The position numbers and the translations under genes were made by a program. 64,000 bases of DNA. Origin: a virus. The notes beneath the pieces are model-generated. The model had not been told where the DNA came from. It did no database searches and was given only the letters and a program-made list of their open reading frames with translations. The stretch lies in the IMG/VR virus record IMGVR_UViG_3300014059_000004; one strand, given 5' to 3'. Of the stretch, positions 17,286-26,653 are shown one piece after another (positions within the stretch are counted from its first letter, which is position 1; every line of letters begins with the position of its first letter).

Positions 17286-17861
17286 ATGCCAGGCAAAGGT
17301 AAATACACAACTTACGTGACCCCAAAGTCACCTCGTCGCACGTTTTTTGAGACGATGTTCAAGGGTAACGCTACGATCCAGCCGCAGTTCTACGGGCTTG
17401 ATCAAGATGCCGCTGTGGTCGCTGCTACAGTTGAAGGCAATGGTATCTTGAGAGCTGGAGACACGAAGGGAATCCAAGCTGGTGATCCTGGTCACTTTCC
17501 TGCCGGCGTTGATATGACGTACAACGGCAAGAAGTCGGCTATCTCAGCACCTGATACTCTCGCTGGCAAGGACGGTGCATGGAAGAAGGCAGGTGATCCT
17601 GCTAACTCATACGTGCCAGACATCTCATCACCTGGCCCGGGTAAGACTGAGGGTACTGACAAGGATGTTGATCCAAAGCTAGGAGTGAAAGATCTCGGTG
17701 CTGGTCTCAGCTTGCCAAATCAGCCTTCGCACCTCGAAGGCTACGTGCCTGACGGTCCAAACACCGGCACGCGCAATCCAGTTACTACGTCTAGCAAGAT
17801 GTATGAAGCAAATACTCTCGGTTCAGATGTTGCTTTGGGCAAATCTGGTACAGAAACCTGA
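17286..17861 (+). CDS. hypothetical Gly/Pro-rich head-module protein
   Basis: ORF with GGA-rich RBS (gaaggaagcaagaccATG). No recognisable motif. Confidence 0.4.
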   Translation: MPGKGKYTTYVTPKSPRRTFFETMFKGNATIQPQFYGLDQDAAVVAATVEGNGILRAGDTKGIQAGDPGHFPAGVDMTYNGKKSAISAPDTLAGKDGAWKKAGDPANSYVPDISSPGPGKTEGTDKDVDPKLGVKDLGAGLSLPNQPSHLEGYVPDGPNTGTRNPVTTSSKMYEANTLGSDVALGKSGTET

Positions 17862-17924
17862 GATAAAACAACAATTTGCACGATTAAACGATACTTACAT
17901 CAAGAATACAGGGAAATCCTCCGA

Positions 17925-19811
17925 ATGTCAAAGGAACTTTACGAAGAAGCACTAGCTGATGCAAAGAAGCTAAGAGAGGTCGCAGAAGACGATGCTAAGC
18001 GTTCTGTTCTAGAAGCTGTCACCCCTCGCATCAGAGAGCTGATCGAGCGTCAATTGCTAACTGAGTCTTTTGATGATGAGGAAGAATTTCTACCTGCAGC
18101 AGCAGTTCCTGCTGTTGGTGATGCTGGATCAGTTGCTGCCGCAATGTCCCCTCCGGACGTTGATGGTAAAGTAACGCTCGATCTAGATGCGCTGTCTGTT
18201 GATAGCGGAACGCCAGTTGAGCAGCCGATGTTCGGTGCTCCTGCGCCAGGCGCTGATAACGTTGAGTACGAGCTGAGCTATGAATCAGTTGCTGCTCTAT
18301 CACCAGTTATTAACGCTACTAAGTCCAATCTCGGTAAGGAGCTTGAATCTAGCTTGTACCGTTTGGGAGAGTCTATTGAGCAATTTGCATCAGCTGGAAA
18401 GCTCGTGAGAGAATCCAAGGGTTATGCAAGCAAAATCGCTCAAATGATTTCTCGTGTAGAGAATATGTATGACTACGTGCAGGAATCAGTGTCTGATCCT
18501 GCAATGAAGAGTTCATACGAAATCAAGCTAGAGAATTACTTTAGAGAACTCAACAAGCTCCGGGAGCGAAAGATGTCGAAGAAAAGCCTAAAAGATCTGA
18601 TGAATGAAGGTGATGTTACCCTTAAGCTCACTGGCTTGCCAGATGAGATTGATCTCGACTCAGTTGGAGTCGATCTTGTCACCGGTGAAGACGAAGAAGG
18701 TTCTTCGGATGATCTTGGCGGCGAAGGCGGAGATGATCTAGATCTCGGTGGAGATGAGGGTGGCGAAGGTGGTGAAGGCGGCGATGACGTCGGCCTTGAC
18801 GATCTTGGACTCGGTGGAGATGATGAAGAGGCAAAGATGGAATCACGCAAGCTAAGCGATGACACGATCGTTGAGATTGACACGAACATGCTTCGTAGAG
18901 AGATCTCTCGCTTGAAGCGCATGCATGAAGATGCGGTTCCTTCAGCAGACGGCAACGGTGCTGATGCTGTTCTTGATCAGTTCGGCGACGGCAAGTCAGA
19001 GGGCGACCCATGGCTTGACGGTGAAGTTACGACCGAAGCCGAAGAGTCAGATGACGAAGATAGCCTCGAGGAAGCTGACGGTCCAGACGGCGATCTCACT
19101 ATGGATGAGACCGACGACGTCATGGAGATGGATGGCCTGGCACAGCTTGGCAATCGTCGCTCGAAGGACGAGAATGGCAATGCAGTTGCTGATTCTCACG
19201 AGACTCCGATGGAGTCGCTAAAGCGTAGAGTTTCTTTTGAGAAGCGTCTGCAGGAGCGTGCAAAGGCACGTGGAGCAGCTCTTCGCAAGGAAGCACGTGT
19301 TGCAGCTGCTAAGAAGCAGCATGGAAAGGTTGCATCCCTTAAGAAGGAATACGATGCAGCTGCACGTAGGTTCACCGAGTCAGTGAATCGTCAGAAGAAG
19401 ATTATGAGAACGCTAGCGGAAGCTACTTCTCGCAAGGGTGCAACCGTCAATGGTTCATCGAAACAGCCTGCGGAGCGAATGGCTGAAGCAAATCTCCGTA
19501 AAGAGTTGGCAGCTACGAATCTGTTCAACGCGAAGCTAGTTTACACTAACAAGCTACTTCAAAATGAGTCACTGTCTAAGAAGCAGAAGTCTGAAGTTAT
19601 CAAGCGCCTTGACGAGGCCAACAGCCTCCGTGAAGTTAAGCTTGTGTACGAGAGCCTCTCGAAGGCTCTTGCTGGAACGTCCAGGCCAATCAAGGAGAGC
19701 GCTGATCGCAAGGTCGTCGGTTCTTCATCAAGGGTCACTCGTCCAGCATCGACGACAACGCTCAATGAAGGATCGGATCTTGATAGGTGGGCGAAGCTCG
19801 CTGGACTCTGA
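17925..19811 (+). CDS. prohead scaffolding protein (gp22-like), acidic, with (D/E)GG repeats
   Basis: Coiled-coil/acidic composition. Low-complexity SSDDLGGEGGDDLDLGGDEGGEGGEGGDD. Located immediately upstream of the major capsid protein. Confidence 0.6.
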   Translation: MSKELYEEALADAKKLREVAEDDAKRSVLEAVTPRIRELIERQLLTESFDDEEEFLPAAAVPAVGDAGSVAAAMSPPDVDGKVTLDLDALSVDSGTPVEQPMFGAPAPGADNVEYELSYESVAALSPVINATKSNLGKELESSLYRLGESIEQFASAGKLVRESKGYASKIAQMISRVENMYDYVQESVSDPAMKSSYEIKLENYFRELNKLRERKMSKKSLKDLMNEGDVTLKLTGLPDEIDLDSVGVDLVTGEDEEGSSDDLGGEGGDDLDLGGDEGGEGGEGGDDVGLDDLGLGGDDEEAKMESRKLSDDTIVEIDTNMLRREISRLKRMHEDAVPSADGNGADAVLDQFGDGKSEGDPWLDGEVTTEAEESDDEDSLEEADGPDGDLTMDETDDVMEMDGLAQLGNRRSKDENGNAVADSHETPMESLKRRVSFEKRLQERAKARGAALRKEARVAAAKKQHGKVASLKKEYDAAARRFTESVNRQKKIMRTLAEATSRKGATVNGSSKQPAERMAEANLRKELAATNLFNAKLVYTNKLLQNESLSKKQKSEVIKRLDEANSLREVKLVYESLSKALAGTSRPIKESADRKVVGSSSRVTRPASTTTLNEGSDLDRWAKLAGL

Positions 19812-19841
19812 AGAATCGTAGAACTACAACAAAGAAAGTTT

Positions 19842-21752
19842 ATGGAGAATAAAATGAAGTTTTCACTTGATCAGCTAACACAAGGTATTCGCGAAAAGCA
19901 CGTTGGTGCGGAGCGAGCACGTCTTGTTGAGAAGTGGGCGCGCACCGGTCTTCTGAGGAACCTGGATGGCAATCGTCGCGAGATGATGTCCCAGCTTCTC
20001 GAGAACCAGGCGGCTCAGGTTCTTAAGGAGAACGTTTCTCTTTCCACTGGCGGCGGCGCAGTTACGTCGTCCGGTCAGATCCAGGGCTTCTCGAACATTG
20101 CATTCCCAATCGTTCGTCGAGTCTTCGGTGGCCTTGTTGCGAACGAGCTCGTCTCGATCCAGCCAATGTCGCTGCCATCTGGTCTCATCTTCTACCTCGA
20201 TTACACCTACGGCTCGAACGTCGGCGGCGAGGCAGGCGCAAGCTTGAGCAACACCTCAACGTTTGAGACGTACCAGCGCGGTCAGTCGATCTACAACAAC
20301 CCACCAGGCAAGGGCATTCAGTCCGGTTCTCTTGCGACGGGTGGTATGTACGATCTTGTCAACGTCGGTTACTCGAAGGTTCACTCTTCGTCGCTCGGCG
20401 TCTCCGGATCGAACCTCGATCTCGGTGCATGGACGGGTGCTTCGCAAGCATGGACCGTCGGTGGTGCAGTTCGCAGCGACACGGACCTTTCTGGTTCGAA
20501 CGCCCGCTTCTTGAACTTCGATCCACAGATCGAGAACGCACTGGCACAGGGCGACCTGGACCTCACGTTCTTGCACCTCTCGGTGTCCGCACTGCAGACT
20601 GCAATTCCAAAGGGTGACTTCTTGGCACCAGAGCAGATCGCAATCTTCGGATTCACTGCTGCGAACAACGTTTCTGAGTGGGGTGAGTCATACCAGTCGG
20701 GCAAGGGTCTCTACAACCTCCGCCGCCTTAACAAGCGCGGTGATTGGAACGGCTCAACGTTCACGCTGAACCCGCTGAACGGAACGTACATCCAGATGGT
20801 TCTGAAGCTTACCAACGGTGGATCAGTTCCAACGATGGGTACGGCTGTCCAGAAGGTCTCGATGGCAATCACTGATGCACTCACCGTTGATTCAACGTCA
20901 GGTGCTACGCTGACTGTCCCATCCTTCGAGTCTGACTTTGGTTCATCGCCAACGCCAGCAATCCCAGAGATTGACATCAAGATCGAGGCGATCTCGATCA
21001 CTGCAACGACCCGCAAGCTCCGCGCTCGCTGGTCCCCAGAGCTTGCGCAGGATCTCAATGCGTACCACTCGATGGACGCTGAGGTTGAGCTGACGAGCAT
21101 CCTTTCTGAGAACATTGCCCTTGAGATTGATCGCGAGATCCTCAACGACCTTGTCACTCAGGCAAACGGTGCAAACTACTACTGGAGCCGAGCTCCAGGC
21201 AAGTTTGTTAACAAGGTCACCGGCGACAGGCAGAACCTCGCGAGCTCGCTCTCGATCGGTCCTCAGTTCACTGGTACGGTTCGCGAGTGGTATGAGACTC
21301 TCATCGAGACGATCATCGACGTGGCGAACACGATCCACCGCAAGACGCTTCGCGGATCAGCTAACTTCATGGTCACTGGACCAGATGTTTGCACGATCCT
21401 GGAGAGCTCGGTGCTCTACAAGCCAAAGTACACGCTCGACAGCGAAGGCCAAGTTGGTTCTCCGTTCACGGTCGGTGCAGAGGCGATCGGTACTGTTTCC
21501 AACAGGTTCACTGTCTACAAGGATCCTTACTTCCCAAGGAACAAGGTTCTTGTCGGCTACAAGGGCGGTTCCTACCTTGAGACTGGATACGTATACGCTC
21601 CGTACGTTCCACTCATCGTGACCCCAACGCTGTTCGCACCTGAAGACTTCACGCCACGTAAGGGTGTCATGACCCGTTACGGCAAGAAGATGGTCAGGAC
21701 GGACTTCTATGGCACTGTGACGGTCATGGACATGAATGTGATTTTACGTTAG
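19842..21752 (+). CDS. major capsid protein (T4 gp23-like)
   Basis: FPIVRRVFGGLVANELVSIQPMSLPSGLIFYLDYTYG resembles gp23 AVMGMVRRAIPNLIAFDICGVQPMNSPTGQVFALRAVYG. RWSPELAQDLNAYHSMDAEVELTSILSENIALEIDREI resembles AAYSIELAQDLRAVHGMDADAELSGILATEIMLEINREV. The C-terminal GYKGG...YVYAPYVPL block also matches. An alternative start at 19854 has a GGAG RBS. Confidence 0.9.
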   Translation: MENKMKFSLDQLTQGIREKHVGAERARLVEKWARTGLLRNLDGNRREMMSQLLENQAAQVLKENVSLSTGGGAVTSSGQIQGFSNIAFPIVRRVFGGLVANELVSIQPMSLPSGLIFYLDYTYGSNVGGEAGASLSNTSTFETYQRGQSIYNNPPGKGIQSGSLATGGMYDLVNVGYSKVHSSSLGVSGSNLDLGAWTGASQAWTVGGAVRSDTDLSGSNARFLNFDPQIENALAQGDLDLTFLHLSVSALQTAIPKGDFLAPEQIAIFGFTAANNVSEWGESYQSGKGLYNLRRLNKRGDWNGSTFTLNPLNGTYIQMVLKLTNGGSVPTMGTAVQKVSMAITDALTVDSTSGATLTVPSFESDFGSSPTPAIPEIDIKIEAISITATTRKLRARWSPELAQDLNAYHSMDAEVELTSILSENIALEIDREILNDLVTQANGANYYWSRAPGKFVNKVTGDRQNLASSLSIGPQFTGTVREWYETLIETIIDVANTIHRKTLRGSANFMVTGPDVCTILESSVLYKPKYTLDSEGQVGSPFTVGAEAIGTVSNRFTVYKDPYFPRNKVLVGYKGGSYLETGYVYAPYVPLIVTPTLFAPEDFTPRKGVMTRYGKKMVRTDFYGTVTVMDMNVILR

Positions 21753-21764
21753 ATAAAGTTTGAG

Positions 21765-21796
21765 TGCCCTGCTTCAAAACAGGGCATTCGCTTTTC
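21765..21796 (+). terminator. rho-independent terminator after the major capsid gene
   Basis: Stem TGCCCTG / CAGGGCA with an 8-nt loop, followed by TTCGCTTTTCTC. Confidence 0.6.
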
Positions 21797-21838
21797 TCGA
21801 TTAGTATACATTTATCTCTAACGGATGAAGATCATTTG

Positions 21839-22642
21839 ATGGATAATACATGCAAAGAGTGCAATGAGGTCTTCAACAGTTCTGAACAGGTGAGGCGTCA
21901 CCTGCGCAAGCACGCGATGAATGCACAGGAATATTCGTTGAAGTGGGACTACAATAACGTCATTCCGAAGTGTGCGTGTGGATGTGGTCTGAAGACATCG
22001 TGGCATATAGCGTCAAAAAACTTTACGAAATTTGTTCATGGTCATCATGCGTGGGGGAGAAAGAAGACAGAAGATGAAAAACGGCGCATTGGTGAAAAGA
22101 ACAGCGTCAATATGAAACGTTACATGGTTGAAAATCCTGACGTAGCACGTTCAAGGGTTGAAGCACTTCGTTTTGGGCGAATACCAGATGTTTATAAACG
22201 TGTGTCAGAATCGGTTCGTCGTTTCTGGTCTTCTGGCTCTGATTTGGCAAAACAACGTCGAAAAGAAGCTTCAGATCGAGCTATCGTGCTTCTCGAGCAA
22301 GGAAAGATTGGTCCGCATGCACCGTTCAAAGCGTGCTGGTTTGAGAACCCATTCACTGGCAAAGAAGAACGAATGCATTCATCTTGGGAAACTTCGTTCT
22401 TGAGCAAGTGCATTACTGAAGGTTACCCAGTCACAAAGCAACACGATCTTAGGATTCCTTATGTTGCTAACGATGGAACTGATCATGTATACGTGCCAGA
22501 TTTCATTGCGCTTGAAGAAAAAGTTGTGTTTGAGATCAAGGGTTTGATGAGAGAAAATGACGATCTTAAGCTTCAGGCTTTGAATGCTTGGGCTGAAAGA
22601 AATGGTTATGAAGTTGTCATCATTGTTGATACCTCAACGTAA
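21839..22642 (+). CDS. free-standing homing endonuclease (C2H2 Zn finger + CxCGCG + NUMOD-like + PD-(D/E)XK)
   Basis: CKECNEVFNSSEQVRRHLRKH, KCACGCG and WGRKKTEDEKRRIGEKNS. C-terminal YVPDFIAL..VFEIKG. The first ATG is at 21839; the ORF track begins at an upstream GTG inside the terminator. Confidence 0.6.
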   Translation: MDNTCKECNEVFNSSEQVRRHLRKHAMNAQEYSLKWDYNNVIPKCACGCGLKTSWHIASKNFTKFVHGHHAWGRKKTEDEKRRIGEKNSVNMKRYMVENPDVARSRVEALRFGRIPDVYKRVSESVRRFWSSGSDLAKQRRKEASDRAIVLLEQGKIGPHAPFKACWFENPFTGKEERMHSSWETSFLSKCITEGYPVTKQHDLRIPYVANDGTDHVYVPDFIALEEKVVFEIKGLMRENDDLKLQALNAWAERNGYEVVIIVDTST

Positions 22643-22699
22643 AATTTATGCTCATGGTTGAATTCTTCTGCGATACTTACTTCACAGGAGATTTTACAC

Positions 22700-23176
22700 A
22701 TGCCGTACGTAAATAGAGGATTTGTTGATGATGGTAGCTCGAGCCTAAGCGTTACAGGTGGCGTTACTGCTACGACGTACGTTACGACGGCGCAAACGCT
22801 TGCTGGTTCCGGAACAGTTACGATCCCAGGACCGGGTTTTTACTACGTTCCTGTTTCCGGTGCATCTGGTATGGGTTACTTCACTGGTTCAATGCCAGCG
22901 CCAGGAACTTTCCCAGGTGGTGTCATTGCTATCACTGATGACACGACCGGTGGAGCATTCAACTGGTTGCTCAGCGGTTCAACTGCATCTCCTCGCGCCG
23001 GCAGAGCGTTCTTCTCGAAGATGTCTGGCTCCATGCCAGGCGCGCTTCCAGCAGCGTACGGCGGCGGCACGGTTGCTATGGCATCCAGCGGTTCGATCAT
23101 CATGATGTCTGACGGCTTCCACTGGTGCATCATCGGTGGTTCTGGCTCGATGGCTCTTGCTGGTTCAAACGCCTGA
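22700..23176 (+). CDS. hypothetical Gly/Thr-rich structural-like protein
   Basis: The ATG at 22700 is preceded by AGGAG (cacaggagattttacacATG). Confidence 0.45.
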   Translation: MPYVNRGFVDDGSSSLSVTGGVTATTYVTTAQTLAGSGTVTIPGPGFYYVPVSGASGMGYFTGSMPAPGTFPGGVIAITDDTTGGAFNWLLSGSTASPRAGRAFFSKMSGSMPGALPAAYGGGTVAMASSGSIIMMSDGFHWCIIGGSGSMALAGSNA

Positions 23177-23198
23177 TTTGTAAATTCTGCGACGGTAT

Positions 23199-23232
23199 CA
23201 ACGAGCTTGCCTGTGCAAGCTCGTTGGTCGTT
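23199..23232 (+). terminator. hairpin terminator
   Basis: Perfect 12-bp inverted repeat CAACGAGCTTGC-ctgt-GCAAGCTCGTTG. The downstream U-tract is weak. Confidence 0.45.
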
Positions 23233-23247
23233 GTGGTACTATGAACC

Positions 23248-23730
23248 ATGTGGCTCTTCACCCAAGATGGTTTTTACAGCGTAGTTGCAGACAAAGATGA
23301 CACGAACATCGTGTGGGTTCGAGCCCGCGTTGAGGCTGACCTTGTTCGTCTCCGTGATCGTTACCGAGCAGTGACCGGCCCAATCACCGAGAAGTTCCAG
23401 GGTGACTATGCGTACCGGTTCTCTATGACTCGTGTGGAATTCGCTCGTGTTATGTTCGAGAGCGCGATCGACATCGACTACTTCAACTTCAAGGACACCG
23501 TCCGCGCCAAGATCGGCAACGTCCGTGCAATGCTGTACGAGTCGGTGTGGTGGCGGATGATGAACCTTCAGGGCGGCTTCAAGGCCTCTTTTGGGCCCAC
23601 AGAAGCCTCACAGAATATTCTTGATAAAAAGGACGATGGTACACCTGGCTTAATTGTTCAGTATTTTCTACCATCTTTCATCATCGAATTGTTGGTTTGT
23701 ACAGGTAGAGCAGATTGCATTACCTTCTAA
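23248..23730 (+). CDS. hypothetical protein (GC-rich)
   Basis: ORF with noticeably higher GC than the flanking homing-endonuclease genes. Confidence 0.4.
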   Translation: MWLFTQDGFYSVVADKDDTNIVWVRARVEADLVRLRDRYRAVTGPITEKFQGDYAYRFSMTRVEFARVMFESAIDIDYFNFKDTVRAKIGNVRAMLYESVWWRMMNLQGGFKASFGPTEASQNILDKKDDGTPGLIVQYFLPSFIIELLVCTGRADCITF

Positions 23731-23770
23731 CTCACGAGGCCAGGTTGGTCTCTCAAGGAGAAAGAAGATA

Positions 23771-24043
23771 ATGTCCGACAACGGCTATACCAACAGAAAT
23801 GCAGTGATCCGCGTCCGTGAAGATGCTCGTGGAAACCTTCGCACCGAGACCGCCCGCCGCGATGACGGTGCAACGAAGTTCGCGGTCTCTACCTCCCCTG
23901 AGACGAACAGGACGAGCCTTTACATCGACCTGCCGGGAACGCAGGTTCAGCTGTCTGGTTCGAACGCGAGGACGATCTACCGGTTGCTCAGGAAGCATTT
24001 CAAGGCGACTGGAAAGTCTGTTCGGTTAGAAGAAGAGAAGTGA
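23771..24043 (+). CDS. hypothetical protein (90 aa, GC-rich, Arg-rich)
   Basis: The internal ATG at 23771 has an AAGGAGA RBS. The upstream part of the listed ORF overlaps the previous gene. Confidence 0.45.
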   Translation: MSDNGYTNRNAVIRVREDARGNLRTETARRDDGATKFAVSTSPETNRTSLYIDLPGTQVQLSGSNARTIYRLLRKHFKATGKSVRLEEEK

Positions 24044-24048
24044 GAAAT

Positions 24049-24092
24049 CGTGGGACAGTGACTCTAGCGGGTTGCTGTCCCACGATCTTTTT
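24049..24092 (+). terminator. hairpin terminator
   Basis: 10-bp stem CGTGGGACAG...CTGTCCCACG followed by ATCTTTTT. Confidence 0.5.
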
Positions 24093-24102
24093 AGGAGCAA
24101 CT

Positions 24103-24585
24103 ATGAAGCTAACGAAACCCCAAGCACTACTCTTGGTGCAGACGATCATGCTGTTCAACACAGCACATCTTGGACCATCGAACGATTTCCAGACTAACCT
24201 GGATGAACTTCGTGATGAACTAACAAAGTTCTTGACGGGAGACAACGAAGAAGCTTCCTCAGTAAAGAAGGTGTCAGCTACGTCTTGTCCGACAGTTTCA
24301 TTCGAAACATTGAATGATCTACCACCGCTTTCAGCAACGTCAACAACGTATGGATTCGGTCGTCTTAAAATCATGTTCGACGACGACATGTTGAATGTGT
24401 ACACCAAGGACGGAGATGACGTCATTGATGAGCTGCTCGTGACCCATGTCGTCCGCTCAGGAAAGAGCATCAAGTTTATCACTGATCTTTCTACGGTTGA
24501 ATTCAACGTTTCAAAGTTTCCAAAAAAGTGGATTGAGTGCTTCCCGGTCGGTGTTGAAGTCTTCATCCCGGGAGAAGATTACTGA
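24103..24585 (+). CDS. hypothetical protein
   Basis: The ATG at 24103 has an AGGAG RBS (ttaggagcaactATG). The listed ORF start at 24040 lies inside the terminator hairpin. Confidence 0.5.
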   Translation: MKLTKPQALLLVQTIMLFNTAHLGPSNDFQTNLDELRDELTKFLTGDNEEASSVKKVSATSCPTVSFETLNDLPPLSATSTTYGFGRLKIMFDDDMLNVYTKDGDDVIDELLVTHVVRSGKSIKFITDLSTVEFNVSKFPKKWIECFPVGVEVFIPGEDY

Positions 24586-25082
24586 TGAAGCTTCACCTTG
24601 AACCCAAAGAAGTTCTAGAGTTGCATGAGATCTTGTGCGAGGTTATGCCTCGTCTTAAAGATCCCAGAGACATGATGCACGTCAACGGGCAACTTCGCCA
24701 GTACATCCTTGCATGCATGACACGCGGTGATCGTGAAGAAAAGGATGATAACATGCAGAAGTGGCTCGATCGGCAGCAAGAGCTGCTACGAACGAAGGTT
24801 GCTATCGATCAAGTGCCTCCGGGCGTCACACCAGCTGACCTGACGTCAAAGTCTCATGCAGATATCTTGTCACCACCAGCAACTCCAGTCAGTGTTTCTG
24901 CTACGTTGGCTCCACTGACAAGTGAGCAGCAGCTGATCATTCGTAACAGCTCTAATCTTGCGCAGGAAAAGCAGATCTTGCACGTGGATCCTTGCGAGCT
25001 AGATGGGGATACATACGGTCAGTATCCGAGTACAAAGAACAAGGGAGGACACAGGAAGTACAATCATCACAAGAAGAAGTGA
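24585..25082 (+). CDS. hypothetical protein with a basic C-terminus
   Basis: ORF with ATGA overlap. No recognisable motif. Confidence 0.45.
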   Translation: MKLHLEPKEVLELHEILCEVMPRLKDPRDMMHVNGQLRQYILACMTRGDREEKDDNMQKWLDRQQELLRTKVAIDQVPPGVTPADLTSKSHADILSPPATPVSVSATLAPLTSEQQLIIRNSSNLAQEKQILHVDPCELDGDTYGQYPSTKNKGGHRKYNHHKKK

Positions 25083-25089
25083 TGCATTT

Positions 25090-25457
25090 GGGCGCGAAAT
25101 AGTTTCGACAGGGTCTTGAAATTGACAACTGCAGGTGCCAGTGCACGAGGATCTGGCTTACAATCCATGTGACGTATAGATGCCAACGACAACGGCACGG
25201 CTCCTCTCGCCCTCGCGGCATGAGGAACGGGTCTTTAGCGCCTAGGAAAAGAAGGCTAAAGAATGTCAGGGAACCAGACACTAACTGGAACACCGTCAAA
25301 GCTCTGGACGTAAAACGTAGAGCCGACTTGGTAACCAGGAACGTTAAACTTCGCGTTACTAGTCCCGCTTTGAGGACGATTCAACAGATAAGCAAAACCT
25401 GTGTATGAAGTTTCAACGTAGTGATCTTGGACCCGGGGGCAGTACCCGGCGCGTCCA
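25090..25457 (+). ncRNA. ssrA: tmRNA (transfer-messenger RNA, SsrA), about 368 nt, tag ANDNGTAPLALAA
   Basis: 5' GGGCGCGAAAUAGUUUCGACAGGG matches the E. coli tmRNA 5' GGGGCUGAUUCUGGAUUCGACGGG. The acceptor stem GGGCGCG/CGCGUCC includes the G3-U70 wobble (Ala identity). T-arm CCGGG-GGCAGUA-CCCGG is followed directly by the 3' acceptor strand and discriminator A. Internal resume codon GCC at 25182 opens a 13-codon ORF ending in ALAA-UGA at 25221-25223. A T-rich tract lies downstream. Confidence 0.8.
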
Positions 25458-25508
25458 CAAATTTTATCTACTGCGCTTATTGTATAGAGTTAGAACAGGA
25501 GATAACAC

Positions 25509-25691
25509 ATGTCAGCAGCAACAGAAAAATTGCTTGAGCACATTTCCCTCGTTAGGGAAGCAATTACGATGGCAGAAGACGCGGGAAAAGATGCAACCGA
25601 GCTGAAGAAGGAACTTCAGTACTTGAACGAAAAGTTGGCATCTTGCTCGTCAGCTCTCAACGAGAACAAGTCTATCCTTAAAGGATTATGA
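25509..25691 (+). CDS. hypothetical small coiled-coil protein
   Basis: ORF with RBS aacaggagataacacATG. Confidence 0.45.
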   Translation: MSAATEKLLEHISLVREAITMAEDAGKDATELKKELQYLNEKLASCSSALNENKSILKGL

Positions 25692-25909
25692 TGCAGTACG
25701 TTAATCTATTTGAGCCGTTGCTTGCTCACAGAAAAGGACCGGCTCCTGTGTTCATCAACGTTGGTGTTCAGGCCGTTGACATGTATACTGAGTCTGGAAC
25801 TGTTGCTGCACCAGTAACGTCTGAGACTTACGTTAAGCTATCTTCATTGCCACCTGAACTGCGTGAACGCGTGAAGACAGCTGTTCAAGCTATTTTCTCG
25901 GGGATGTGA
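25688..25909 (+). CDS. hypothetical small protein
   Basis: ORF with ATGA overlap with the previous gene. Confidence 0.4.
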   Translation: MMQYVNLFEPLLAHRKGPAPVFINVGVQAVDMYTESGTVAAPVTSETYVKLSSLPPELRERVKTAVQAIFSGM

Positions 25910-26544
25910 TTAACAGAAATATCAACTGTTTCTGAAAGTCTAAGTTTCTTTAGTTCCCTAGCTTTCTTGCGCCGTGTAAGTTCTTTAGATCTCCAGATCG
26001 GATCTTGCCATAGTTTTTTCACAGCTTCTCTAGATTCAGGGTTTGACCATCGTCTGATTTGAGCATCTTTTGATTTTTGCTTAGCTTCTGGCGTGGCATT
26101 GCGCTCAGCAAGTTTTTGTCGACGCGTGTCAGACATTGGTGGATTAGACCAGTATTTCTTTTGTGCTTGGCGCATTTTTTCTTTGTGTTCTGGCGTTTTT
26201 GGAACGTTTTTCATTTTTTTGCTCATTTCTTCAGGAGCACTAGTTTTTCCACCATCACCTCCTGGCGTCATATTGTACCCGTGGTTTGGGTCGTTACTAG
26301 TAAAAATGGATATCCATTTCGATTCGCAAATGTTTGCATCAGCAGTTGTTTCTGTTGATTCTAGTATTTCATGAACCCAAGAGTCTAGAGGATATTTGCG
26401 TATAGCATGACTAATGTGAAATGATTTCCCCTTAAGGGCAGCATTAACATGTGCCTTCCAACGCTTTTCAAGCGTACTTTTTGTCTTTCCTATGTAACAC
26501 TTGCCACTGATTGTGTTAGTATGCTTGTATATGATGATTGTCAT
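25885..26544 (-). CDS. GIY-YIG homing endonuclease
   Basis: IIYKHTNTISGKCYIGKT...RWKAH...E...N. Basic C-terminal NUMOD-like repeats TPEHKEKMRQAQ / TPEAKQKSKDAQ. Opposite strand to all neighbours. Confidence 0.75.
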   Translation of the reverse strand: MTIIIYKHTNTISGKCYIGKTKSTLEKRWKAHVNAALKGKSFHISHAIRKYPLDSWVHEILESTETTADANICESKWISIFTSNDPNHGYNMTPGGDGGKTSAPEEMSKKMKNVPKTPEHKEKMRQAQKKYWSNPPMSDTRRQKLAERNATPEAKQKSKDAQIRRWSNPESREAVKKLWQDPIWRSKELTRRKKARELKKLRLSETVDISVNHIPEKIA

Positions 26545-26653
26545 GACTTATACATATCCGTCAAAGAAAGTTAAGGGTATCTAAATTTCGTATCACGGTT
26601 ACGTTCCTCACGTTAAAGAGTTTCTCAGTTCGCTCCAGCACACTCCTTCTGTC

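Noticed and set aside
20256-21338. Several 100-170-aa minus-strand and alternate-frame ORFs inside the major capsid gene
   Set aside because: They lie entirely within a gene with strong gp23 homology in another frame. They are GC-rich shadow ORFs with Arg/Ser-rich junk translations.
24040-24102. ORF-track start of the 24040 ORF (MRNRGTVTLAGCC...)
   Set aside because: This stretch is the 3' arm of a terminator hairpin. A downstream ATG at 24103 with a perfect AGGAG RBS is the more plausible start.
25169-25408. 79-aa ORF (MTYRCQRQRHGSS...) in the non-coding gap
   Set aside because: It lies inside the predicted tmRNA in a different frame from the tag-peptide frame. The Arg-rich translation fits structured-RNA sequence and not a protein.
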